DNA from: Spirochaetales bacterium
Lineage (GTDB): Bacteria; Spirochaetota; Spirochaetia; JABEVK01
Direction of reading: 5' to 3'
DNA length: 64,000 nucleotides
NCBI GenBank assembly: GCA_027451945.1
Contig: DAIDHT010000014.1
Coordinates: 29,628-93,627 of the forward strand
Shown here: piece by piece, positions 53,948 to 63,118 of the stretch
Layout: each line of letters starts with the position of its first letter
Numbering within the stretch: the first letter of the stretch is position 1
The notes under the pieces: model-generated
The model's input: only the letters and a program-made list of their open reading frames with translations
Told to the model about the DNA's origin: nothing
Databases searched by the model: none
Position numbers and translations under genes: made by a program

Positions 53948-55297
53948 ATGAAAAGAAACCCCTCCTTTAGACGAATCCTTTTTTCCTTGGTAGTCCTTTT
54001 GGCACTGCTTTCCTCGTGTGGAATGGGGCGCGTCGGCACAGGCGTCGTGGTCTGGTCCGACTCTGAATCCCTTGCCAATGGCTCTGTGGTCTGGATTTGG
54101 GATCAAAGCTCTCTTCAAAAGACCTTTACCATCCAAAAAACCGATGGTGGTAGTCGAGTTACTATTGCCAATTGGCGCATACGCTTTTTTAACAGCCCCG
54201 AAAAAGCAAAAGCGTTCGCCGCTGAATTTGCTCCGTGGAAAAACATCTGGGGCGTTACTCAAAAACCCGGCATGGCCGTCTACGATCAACCCAATTCCAC
54301 CTCCACCATGATTTATCGCCTAGGGGATAAAGAAGATGTGAAGATTCTGGGACAACAGGCACAACCTTCAACAGAAGGAGGTTTTACCGGACACTGGGAC
54401 AAAGTCATGACATCCTCGGGCTATACCGGTTGGTGCTTTGATTATTTCCTCAGCCTTTACAAGGTGGTCAACAACCAAAAGGTTGTCCTCAAGCAAGGTG
54501 GGCCCGAAGACTTTTATCTTCGTACCGTCGAAACCAATTCTTGGTATCCCGAGGAGTTTAGGTTTGAGGTTGCCCAAAAGCGTATCAATTTGAATTATTT
54601 CCGCCCCGACTATGACTTCCACTTTGATGGAGACAAAACTTTCGCGTTGACCATTCCCCCTCCGTTGGGTTCTACCGCACCTGCAGCATCGTATTCGTTT
54701 GCCTTTAGCGATGTTCGAAAAATCAACTCGGGAACCTTCCTCTTTATCTGCCCTGAAAATTTGATGGTACGCATTCTCAACCCTGAGGTAACAAAGATTG
54801 AAGTTTCTTTTACTGAGGGATCCCAAACCCACCGTTACCTTTACGTGCGTTTAGATCAGGATATTGGTACCTACATATCCCAAGAAACTGCCTCTCGTGT
54901 CGACCAACTGAATGCCATCTTGGCCTATGGCACCAAACTAACCAGCCCGATTTACGGCAATATGACCTTAGCCAGCGACGGGTCCGTGACTTGGACGGGC
55001 TTTCAGGCCCTGCAACCGCCTCAAGGCATAGCGTTTCCACAAGGTTTAGCGAACACCGCTCACATTTATTTTGACTGGTTTAAGGATTCGCAATTCGCTG
55101 GGGATTGGAAAGTCTTTCGTCTGCAGTTTGACCCAACCGCGCAGGTCCCCGAATTTTCGCAGGTCTTTTTGTACCGCTTTTTAAAAGGCGGTATGCAGAT
55201 GATTCCCGTTTCACCGTCGGACTTAGACCCAGTCAAGCAAACCGTCTTACGCGAAAGCCGGATCGGTTATACGATTTTTATGACCTTCGAGAAGTAG
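53948..55297 (+). CDS. SH3b-domain lipoprotein
   Basis: Lipobox LLSSC; VYDQP..IYRL..GHWDKVMT..GYTGWCF. Confidence 0.8.
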   Translation: MKRNPSFRRILFSLVVLLALLSSCGMGRVGTGVVVWSDSESLANGSVVWIWDQSSLQKTFTIQKTDGGSRVTIANWRIRFFNSPEKAKAFAAEFAPWKNIWGVTQKPGMAVYDQPNSTSTMIYRLGDKEDVKILGQQAQPSTEGGFTGHWDKVMTSSGYTGWCFDYFLSLYKVVNNQKVVLKQGGPEDFYLRTVETNSWYPEEFRFEVAQKRINLNYFRPDYDFHFDGDKTFALTIPPPLGSTAPAASYSFAFSDVRKINSGTFLFICPENLMVRILNPEVTKIEVSFTEGSQTHRYLYVRLDQDIGTYISQETASRVDQLNAILAYGTKLTSPIYGNMTLASDGSVTWTGFQALQPPQGIAFPQGLANTAHIYFDWFKDSQFAGDWKVFRLQFDPTAQVPEFSQVFLYRFLKGGMQMIPVSPSDLDPVKQTVLRESRIGYTIFMTFEK

Positions 55298-57208
55298 ATG
55301 TCGTTTGTTCAGCTCAATAACGTTTCGCTAGCCTTTGGCGACCGAGACATTCTTTTAGAATCTGATCTGACCCTCCGAGCTGAAAAAAAAACGGCCTTGG
55401 TGGGTATCAACGGTTCAGGAAAATCCACCTTATTAAAGGTCTTGGCGAGAGAGCTTTCACCCGACGGTGGCCAGGTCATCGCACCCGAGGGTGTTCGCGT
55501 CGGCTACCTACCCCAAACCTGCCTTGTTACCGGGGGATCAGTTTTTGAAGAAGCGGAACGTGCCTTTGAAAACCTCCGCCAAAAAGAAGCTCAAGCTCAG
55601 CAGTTGGCCGAGGCGGCGGCAGGGGCCGAAACTCAACAGGCTCTCAAACTTCTAGAAAAGAGTCATGAAATTCTTGAATTTCTTGAGGTCGCTGGGTGGT
55701 ACCGGCGTCAAGAAACCATCGAGCAAACCTTGAGGGGGCTGGGGTTTACGACGAAGACTCTTCACAGTCAAGTTACCGTGCTGTCTGGCGGTTGGCAAAT
55801 GCGAGTCGCCTTAGCCCGTCAGTTGCTCGCAGCTCCTGACATCCTTTTGCTGGACGAACCCACAAACTACCTCGATTTAGAAGCCAAAGAGTGGTTAGAA
55901 AACTTCTTAAAACGGCGCCAGCAGGGTTTTTGTTTGGTTTCACACGACCGCGCCTTTCTCGATGAAGTTGTCGATCAAGTCATTGAAATTGCCAACGGTC
56001 AGCTGTCAGTTTTTTCTGGAAACTATTCGGCTTTCGAGCAGCGCCGCGCCGAAGAAAAGCTTCGGCTTCAAGAAGCCTTTAAGCGTCAGCAAGCCGAGCT
56101 TGCCAAACAAGAGGCGTACATTCAACGGTTTCGTGCACAAGCAACCAAGGCCTCGGGGGTTCAAAGCCGAATCAAGCAATTAGAAAAGCTCGACCGAATT
56201 GAACTAACAAGTGACACCCCAACGCTAAGGTTTCGCTTTCCCCCTGTGCCACACTCCGGCCATGATGTGTTAACTGTGCGCGCTCTCAAGAAGGCCTGGG
56301 GTGATAATCCCGTCTTTTCAAACTTAGATTGGGATGTCAGCAAAGGTTCCAAAGTCGCGATTACAGGCCCGAATGGCGTTGGAAAATCCACGCTGATGAG
56401 GATTTTAGCCGGCCGCGACCCCTACTTTTCAGGAACCCTACGCTGGGGAAGTGGAGTTCAAACTGCCTATTTTTCGCAAGATCATGAAAATGACCTTGAC
56501 CCCCAAAAAACGGTTCTCGAAGAACTCGAAGCTGACGCTCCCACCGCTATGTTCCCCCGTCTTCGTGATTTGTTAGGGGCATTCCTCTTTCCAGGTGATG
56601 ATGTCGAAAAAAAGACCGCCGTTTTGAGCGGCGGTGAAAAGAATCGCCTCACTTTGGTTAAGATGCTGATTCAACCTTCGAATGTTTTACTTTTGGATGA
56701 GCCGACAAACCACCTCGATCTAGCTTCGAAAGACGTCCTCTTGGACGCCTTAAAATCCTACGAGGGTACCATTTTTGTGGTTTCGCACGACAAATACTTT
56801 TTGTCTCACCTCGTCGACCAAGTTCTCGAACTTGCCACCGACGCTCCGACAAGGCATTGGGGTGGTTGGCAAGATTTTGCCCGCAAACTCGAAGAACGCG
56901 TCAATGTACTTTCTCCGGGCGTTGTTTCGGCAAAAACGGAATCGCAACTTTCGCGGGATGAAGCCAAAAAACGCCAATCCCAAGAACGTCGCCTTCAACG
57001 CGAAGAAGAAGCTCTTTTGATGCAGTTGGATGAACTTGAGTCTAAACTTAAACAACAGCTTGAACAAATGTCTGACCCTCAAAACTACAAAGACGGAGCG
57101 TTTATGCGCCGGCTTCAGCAGGAAAGGGAGGGGTTGGAACGTCAACACGCCGAAACTCAAACTCGCTGGGAAGCTACAGCCCGTGAGTTAGAAGCTCTTA
57201 AAGCGTGA
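55298..57208 (+). CDS. ABC-F family ATPase
   Basis: Two NBDs (GINGSGKS/LSGGW/DEPTN and GPNGVGKS/LSGGE/DEPTN), linker, C-terminal coiled coil, no TM. Confidence 0.95.
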   Translation: MSFVQLNNVSLAFGDRDILLESDLTLRAEKKTALVGINGSGKSTLLKVLARELSPDGGQVIAPEGVRVGYLPQTCLVTGGSVFEEAERAFENLRQKEAQAQQLAEAAAGAETQQALKLLEKSHEILEFLEVAGWYRRQETIEQTLRGLGFTTKTLHSQVTVLSGGWQMRVALARQLLAAPDILLLDEPTNYLDLEAKEWLENFLKRRQQGFCLVSHDRAFLDEVVDQVIEIANGQLSVFSGNYSAFEQRRAEEKLRLQEAFKRQQAELAKQEAYIQRFRAQATKASGVQSRIKQLEKLDRIELTSDTPTLRFRFPPVPHSGHDVLTVRALKKAWGDNPVFSNLDWDVSKGSKVAITGPNGVGKSTLMRILAGRDPYFSGTLRWGSGVQTAYFSQDHENDLDPQKTVLEELEADAPTAMFPRLRDLLGAFLFPGDDVEKKTAVLSGGEKNRLTLVKMLIQPSNVLLLDEPTNHLDLASKDVLLDALKSYEGTIFVVSHDKYFLSHLVDQVLELATDAPTRHWGGWQDFARKLEERVNVLSPGVVSAKTESQLSRDEAKKRQSQERRLQREEEALLMQLDELESKLKQQLEQMSDPQNYKDGAFMRRLQQEREGLERQHAETQTRWEATARELEALKA

Positions 57209-58235
57209 CAACCTGACCTTCACGAGCACTTCGACGACAGGCTTCGAGTAAACGGACAACCGCTTGTCCTTCTTGCGCGGTAAACGCTAGGGGTTCTTCG
57301 TTCCTTAAAGCTTTGGCAAAATTCTGGTAGAACGCCAGGTATCGTCCTTTTTGCGTGGGAAGCGGCCGAGAGTTCCCTTCCCCATCGGTCAAAACACCCC
57401 AAAGTTGTTCGGGTTCAGCCCCGAACGTTTCGTCCTGGGGGTTCAGACCTTTTTGCAACTGCTCTTCTTGCGGGTCCATGCCAGATTTGAGAAACGTCCC
57501 CTTTGTTCCCTGCAAGGCCCAATGAAAGGGGCTGCGGCGAACAACCATGCTGGACGACAAATCGACCCACAACCCCGAGTAGTCCAGGCTGATTCGAAAA
57601 GCGTCCACCACAGAACTTGCATCCCGCTGAACACCTAACCGACAAGAAAGCGCCCGAGGTTTTCCAAAAAGGTGCAACGCCTGATCGAGCAAATGGCTAC
57701 CCAGATCCTCGAGCAGGCTATCGCCTTCTTGACCCGTTTCCTTCCATGCTTTTTTGCGTAGCGTATTCGACCACCGATCATAGCGCACTTCGACATGAAC
57801 CAGCCTACCCAACGATTCGGTTCGTATCAGGTCTGCCACCGTTAAATAGTCTCCGTCGAGTCTGCGGCTTTGGAACACCGACAAGAGTCGACTTGATGCC
57901 ACCGCCTGTTGGATCAAGGCCTCGGTTTCACGGGTTGTGTTGGCCATGGGCTTTTCAACAATGACGTGTTTGCCCGCCTTCAAAAATCGAGTGGACACCT
58001 CGGCATGCAAGCCGTTAGGAAGACAGATCACGGCAACATCAATAAGTGGCGATTCCACCAAAGCTTCCCAGGACGAAAAAACAGTAGCTTCGGGTACAAG
58101 CTTTCGCGAATCTTCGCCCTTGCGGTCTACCACTGCGGTGATTGTAAAATCTTGGTTTAAAACCTTTAACAAGGGCAAATGAAACGTCTTCGCGGACGAA
58201 CCAAACCCAACAAGTCCAACTCGAAACGGTTTCAT
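57198..58235 (-). CDS. Gfo/Idh/MocA oxidoreductase (YdgJ/IolW-like)
   Basis: VGFG, GKHVIVEKP, FQSRRLDGD, DLGSH, GMDPQE. Confidence 0.92.
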   Translation of the reverse strand: MKPFRVGLVGFGSSAKTFHLPLLKVLNQDFTITAVVDRKGEDSRKLVPEATVFSSWEALVESPLIDVAVICLPNGLHAEVSTRFLKAGKHVIVEKPMANTTRETEALIQQAVASSRLLSVFQSRRLDGDYLTVADLIRTESLGRLVHVEVRYDRWSNTLRKKAWKETGQEGDSLLEDLGSHLLDQALHLFGKPRALSCRLGVQRDASSVVDAFRISLDYSGLWVDLSSSMVVRRSPFHWALQGTKGTFLKSGMDPQEEQLQKGLNPQDETFGAEPEQLWGVLTDGEGNSRPLPTQKGRYLAFYQNFAKALRNEEPLAFTAQEGQAVVRLLEACRRSAREGQVVTL

Positions 58236-60184
58236 GAGTGTTTCCTTTTAATAAGAAGCATGGTCAAATCGTCGGCTAAGTGCCCTTGATGGAGTCTAAC
58301 ATCTCCGTTTTGTGCAAACCGATACAGCTCATTGCGTAAAGAGGTTAAAATTGACTCGGGGTCCTGGCGACAATTTTGTTTCAGCCATTGTTTTGTTCGT
58401 TCAAGCCCAAATTGTTCTGACTGGGCATCTTTGGCTTCAATGAGCCCATCGGTGTAAAGGAGGAGAAAATCCCCTTCAGCCATCGTAAAGGACCCCAAAG
58501 ATGTCGAAGAATCCACCAACTCCGAGAGCCCTAAAAAGGCCGTTTGGTCAATCATTTCGGCAAGTTCTATGATCGCATCCTGTTTGCTATCGTAGTACAA
58601 GCCGATTTCGTGGGTACCGGCATGAAAGAAGCGCCCCTCTTTTTCTATAAGCAGCAGTTTGGTCATAAACTTGTCACTGCCGATTCGGTCACGATTGATC
58701 TCGCATAGAACACGGTTCACCATATCGTAGATTTTGTCAGGTTGCGGTGGCGAACCAAAGGCAAGATGGCTTTGAACAATCCCGTGAAGCGCCGACATCT
58801 CGATTAACGCCATGATTCCCGACGGCAACCCGTGGCCAGACACATCACCGATACTGATAAAATTTCCTAGGGGCGTATTGAGCACATCATAAGAATCGCC
58901 CCCAACCTCGGAGGCTGTTTCCATGTGAGCTGCGATTTCATAGCCCGGCAAAACGGGGTTTTTAGGTAGGATTGAGCTTTGAATATTCCTGGCAATGTCC
59001 ATTTCTTGGGCAAGGCGAAACGACTTTAGCTCCAACTCTCTTGCCAATTTTTCTTGGAGCAGCTTTTCGCGTAGTGCCGCCAACGTCGAAGCCATTTCTT
59101 TTCGGATTTCACGAAAAGGAAAACCGGGATGCTCGGCAGCTTCTACGGCAAGAATGACTAGCTGACCAGCTGTAGCACTGAGCGCATACCAAAGGAACTT
59201 GTCCTCGGCGAGATTGAGGACGCCTAAGCGTTTTTCGAACGGTAGTGCCGAAAGAATTTTTGAGGCGTTTTTCTCTAAACCGTATTTTGTCGCCTTGTTC
59301 CAATATTTAGAAAACCGCACTGCCGACTCGCCGTTTTCGTCGTGAAAAAGGATAAACGCGTTGGGCAACCCACAAAAGTTCCCCACGACTTTCAGGGAGC
59401 GTTCAAAGAGAATTTCGGGACGTGTGATGTTATTGTGAAACTGATTGAACTTGTTCTCGATGGCTTGCCGTATCATATATTCCGAGTTGTTCAGAATGTT
59501 GTGAGCTTCTTCAATGTCAATTTCTGAAACACTGCCCGAATAAATGACTCTTCCTCGGCGCAGAAGTACCACGTCATCGCACAACTCAAAAAGCTGAGCG
59601 GGGGCTTCGGGTACCAGAAGTACGCCCTTACCGTTTTCTTTTAGATCTTTCAGCTTTTCTTGAAACTTTTTATATTGCTCTAACGAAACCGAAGTCAAAC
59701 AATCTCGCATTAAGAGGTAATTGGCTTCTTGCATAAAGAAGAGAATCACCGCTAAAAGCCGACGTTCCGCCACAGAAAGCTGGGCAACGGGCGTATCCAA
59801 AGAGCGCTTAAGACCAAAATATTCGATGGTGGGTCGTACCGCCTTAATCATCCGATCCTGATGAACCACTTTTTTTTTGCTACTCATTCCCACCAGCAGG
59901 TTGTCTAAAATACTCAAATTGGGAAACAACCGCCCGCTACCAGGTACGAGCTGTATGCCCTGGTCCCCCCAACCCTGACGGTCTTCGGTCAAAACCTGTT
60001 GGTTTAAGGTAATCTTTCCTGAATCAGCCTGATCCAAGCCCGCCAGAATATCCAACAAAGCGGAAGTTTCTGACTTATCGAGGCTTAACACCCCGGTGAC
60101 TTTTCCCGGCTCTAGGACCACCGAGACTTTTCGTAAAACAGCCGTATTATTTCGGACTTTAGAGATTTCAGCCGCTTGTAACAT
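58232..60184 (-). CDS. Degenerate ABC ATPase domain fused to PP2C/SpoIIE phosphatase
   Basis: N-terminal sugar-ABC NBD scaffold with altered catalytic motifs; C-terminal VGGDSYD, GDVSGHG, YTDGL, DDLT. Confidence 0.9.
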   Translation of the reverse strand: MLQAAEISKVRNNTAVLRKVSVVLEPGKVTGVLSLDKSETSALLDILAGLDQADSGKITLNQQVLTEDRQGWGDQGIQLVPGSGRLFPNLSILDNLLVGMSSKKKVVHQDRMIKAVRPTIEYFGLKRSLDTPVAQLSVAERRLLAVILFFMQEANYLLMRDCLTSVSLEQYKKFQEKLKDLKENGKGVLLVPEAPAQLFELCDDVVLLRRGRVIYSGSVSEIDIEEAHNILNNSEYMIRQAIENKFNQFHNNITRPEILFERSLKVVGNFCGLPNAFILFHDENGESAVRFSKYWNKATKYGLEKNASKILSALPFEKRLGVLNLAEDKFLWYALSATAGQLVILAVEAAEHPGFPFREIRKEMASTLAALREKLLQEKLARELELKSFRLAQEMDIARNIQSSILPKNPVLPGYEIAAHMETASEVGGDSYDVLNTPLGNFISIGDVSGHGLPSGIMALIEMSALHGIVQSHLAFGSPPQPDKIYDMVNRVLCEINRDRIGSDKFMTKLLLIEKEGRFFHAGTHEIGLYYDSKQDAIIELAEMIDQTAFLGLSELVDSSTSLGSFTMAEGDFLLLYTDGLIEAKDAQSEQFGLERTKQWLKQNCRQDPESILTSLRNELYRFAQNGDVRLHQGHLADDLTMLLIKRKHS

Positions 60185-60234
60185 CTGCCTTTCTCTCCCT
60201 CAAGGGAGGACCCCCAAGGATCCTCCCCCATGTT

Positions 60235-61440
60235 TTAGCGGCGCTTCTTTGATGTAATGTCAAACCAAACAGCAACGGTAAGAATGACACCTTTAATGAT
60301 GTACTGGTACTGAATATCCCAGTTCAACAGGTACATACCGTTATTGAGCGACCCCATGAACAAGGCACCGATAATGGCGCCAATGATCGTTCCTTCACCA
60401 CCTAGGGTCGAGGTACCACCCACGACAACCGCGGCGATGGTATCCAATTCCCAGAGGTTACCAGCGGCCGGAGAGGCACTGGCCATACGACCGGTAAAGA
60501 CTAACCCCGCCACTGAAGCCAGGGTTCCCATGATAATAAACACCCACATCGTTCGCGAGCGAATATTAATACCCGAGAGCTTGGCTGCTTCTTTGTTACC
60601 GCCAATGGCGTAGATATGCCGTCCAAACACCGTTTTGGTGGTGATAAAGACAAACAACAGCGCCAACAAAATCAGGAACAAGAAGGCGTAAGAAATTCCC
60701 ACATAGAAGGTTTGAATCGCAAAAATCCCAGCAATCAAAATTGATACCAGAATAATTTTGCCTAACTGCAGGGCCCAAGGCAGAACATCAAAACCGAACT
60801 TGAGACGGTTAGCTCGACTGCGGAACTCAAACACCCAGTAAAGGACGATGGCGAGCACCCCTAGCATCAACGAAAGGTCGTGGAAGGGTACGTCTTTACC
60901 CACCGTTCCTTTAAGGAACAACTGGGGCAAGAAGCCCGAGCCAAATTGATAAATAACACCTGACTGAACAGGAACCGTCTGTCCGTTGTGAACCGCCAAA
61001 AGGATGAACCCGTGGAACATCAAGAACGAACCCAAGGTAACAATGAAGGCGGGCACACCTCGGTAGGCCACCCAAAAGCCTTGCCACAGGCCGGTTAAGA
61101 TACCAACAGAGAGTGCCAAAGCGATGGCGGCCCAAATGTTCCAGTGCCACCCCGACCAAGCCATGGCCGCTACCGCACCAGAGGTACCACCTAACCACCC
61201 AACCGACAGGTCAATATGTCCTGCCACCATGATGAGCACCATGCCTACCGCGAGGATGGCGATATAAACGTTCTGTCCCAACAAGTTGGAAAGGTTTCTC
61301 GGAGTGATAAATTCGCCCCCCGAAAGCACCTGAAAGATCAACCAAACCACAATCAGGGCGATGAACATCGCATACTGATTAATATTTGTTTTAAAGCCAG
61401 AGATGATAATCTGGCTCATGCTCTTATTTCGGGTTTCCAT
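60235..61440 (-). CDS. xylH: Monosaccharide ABC permease (XylH/GguB-like)
   Basis: IDLSVG, VPAFIVTL, FGRHIYAIGGN, ELDTIAAVVVGG. Confidence 0.88.
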   Translation of the reverse strand: METRNKSMSQIIISGFKTNINQYAMFIALIVVWLIFQVLSGGEFITPRNLSNLLGQNVYIAILAVGMVLIMVAGHIDLSVGWLGGTSGAVAAMAWSGWHWNIWAAIALALSVGILTGLWQGFWVAYRGVPAFIVTLGSFLMFHGFILLAVHNGQTVPVQSGVIYQFGSGFLPQLFLKGTVGKDVPFHDLSLMLGVLAIVLYWVFEFRSRANRLKFGFDVLPWALQLGKIILVSILIAGIFAIQTFYVGISYAFLFLILLALLFVFITTKTVFGRHIYAIGGNKEAAKLSGINIRSRTMWVFIIMGTLASVAGLVFTGRMASASPAAGNLWELDTIAAVVVGGTSTLGGEGTIIGAIIGALFMGSLNNGMYLLNWDIQYQYIIKGVILTVAVWFDITSKKRR

Positions 61441-61442
61441 TC

Positions 61443-63011
61443 TTACTTACCTCCCGTGGCGTAATACATGCATTTTTCCTGCGTGGCTTCCTGCCACGGT
61501 AAATCACCGGTTATTCTGCCTTGGTGGATCACCAAAACCCGATCGCTCATACCCAACACTTCCGGCAATTCTGAACTGATCAGAACAATGGCCACCCCAT
61601 TGTCAATCAATTCATTCATGAGGTTGTAGATCTCAAATTTGGCGCCAACGTCGATTCCCCGTGTCGGTTCATCCAGCACGAGAATCTTGGGCTCGGTCAT
61701 GAGCCACTTTCCGATGACTACTTTTTGTTGGTTACCGCCCGAGAGATTTTTTACTTTCTGTTCTATAGAGGGGGTCTTAATTTGAAGCTGTTTCACATAA
61801 TGGTTGGTGATTCTGACTTCTTTGAGGTAATTGATCACACCTGCTTTAACAACTTGTTTATCAAAAGTCTCCATGACCCCATGATCTGAAACTTTCTCTA
61901 AACTCGACAGGGTGGTGTTGGACAATATGTCCATTCCTAAGACAAGACCTTTCTCTTTCCGGTCTTCGGAAAGGTAGGTAAATCCAGAGCGAATAGCATC
62001 TCGGGGTGAATGAAACGTTTGTTTTTTTCCGTCGATAAAAATCTCTCCCGAAATATCTCTACCGTAGCTCCTGCCAAACAAACTAAGAAATAACTCGGTG
62101 CGGCCCGCCCCCATTAAACCCGCGATTCCCAGGATTTCTCCTTTGCGAATCTGAAAACTCACGTTGTCGATGACTTTCTTTTCGATCAGTTCGGGGTGAT
62201 AAACCGTCCAGTTTTTCACCTCCATCACCACCTCACCAGCTTTGTGTTCCTTGCGGGGGAAGCGGCTGGTCAGTTTTCTTCCGACCATAAAGTTGATCAT
62301 CTTTTCTTCGGTCATTCCGCCGTCATCGTGGACGCCTTGAGAATGGATTGAGTGCCCATCCCGCAAGACCGTAATCGAGTCGGCGATTTCCAAAACCTCT
62401 TCCAGTTTATGTGAGATGTAGATGCAGGTGACCCCTTTACTCTTGAGTTCACGCAGAATCTTAAGAAGATTTTTACTATCTTCTTCGTTCAAAGCCGCCG
62501 TCGGTTCATCAAGAACCAGAATTTCGGCATTTTTCGAAAGCGCTTTGGCGATTTCGACCAGCTGTTGCTGACCAACACCGAGATTGATTAATCTTGTCTC
62601 CGGCGAAACATTCAGACCCACTTCTTTGAGGTATTGTTGGGTGCGAACGAAGGCCTCATGCCAATCGATGATGCCATTCTTCGACACTTCATTCCCTAAA
62701 AAAAGGTTTTCCATTATGTTCAGAAGCCTCACCAAGGCTAGCTCCTGATAAATCACCACGATCCCATGGTGCTCGCTATCACGGATGTTACGGAATTGCA
62801 CTTCCTCACCCTTGACGCGAATATGCCCCGTGTAGCTCCCAAAAGGGTGAACACCGCTCAGCACTTTCATCAAAGTGGATTTACCCGCCCCGTTCTCTCC
62901 GACCAAGGCGTGGATTTCCCCCTTTTTGACGCGGAAGCTGACGTTGTCGAGGGCTTTGACACCGGGGAACTCCTTGGAAATATTATCCATTTCGAATACG
63001 AATTCGCTCAT
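61443..63011 (-). CDS. xylG: Monosaccharide ABC ATPase (XylG/GguA-like)
   Basis: GENGAGKS, DEPT, EDRK, LSGGNQQK, DEPTRGIDVGAK. Confidence 0.9.
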   Translation of the reverse strand: MSEFVFEMDNISKEFPGVKALDNVSFRVKKGEIHALVGENGAGKSTLMKVLSGVHPFGSYTGHIRVKGEEVQFRNIRDSEHHGIVVIYQELALVRLLNIMENLFLGNEVSKNGIIDWHEAFVRTQQYLKEVGLNVSPETRLINLGVGQQQLVEIAKALSKNAEILVLDEPTAALNEEDSKNLLKILRELKSKGVTCIYISHKLEEVLEIADSITVLRDGHSIHSQGVHDDGGMTEEKMINFMVGRKLTSRFPRKEHKAGEVVMEVKNWTVYHPELIEKKVIDNVSFQIRKGEILGIAGLMGAGRTELFLSLFGRSYGRDISGEIFIDGKKQTFHSPRDAIRSGFTYLSEDRKEKGLVLGMDILSNTTLSSLEKVSDHGVMETFDKQVVKAGVINYLKEVRITNHYVKQLQIKTPSIEQKVKNLSGGNQQKVVIGKWLMTEPKILVLDEPTRGIDVGAKFEIYNLMNELIDNGVAIVLISSELPEVLGMSDRVLVIHQGRITGDLPWQEATQEKCMYYATGGK

Positions 63012-63050
63012 ATACCCCTCGTTCGTGCGACGGAGGAAACCTCCGGCTAC

Positions 63051-63079
63051 AAAAAAGCGGCGACCGAAGCCGCCGCTTT
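63051..63079 (-). terminator. Intra-operonic terminator-like hairpin after the binding-protein gene
   Basis: Minus strand GCGGCGGC-TTCG-GTCGCCGC-TTTTTT. Confidence 0.8.
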
Positions 63080-63118
63080 CACGACGTTAAATTGTCGGAA
63101 ATTCTTCCGGCAAAAACC

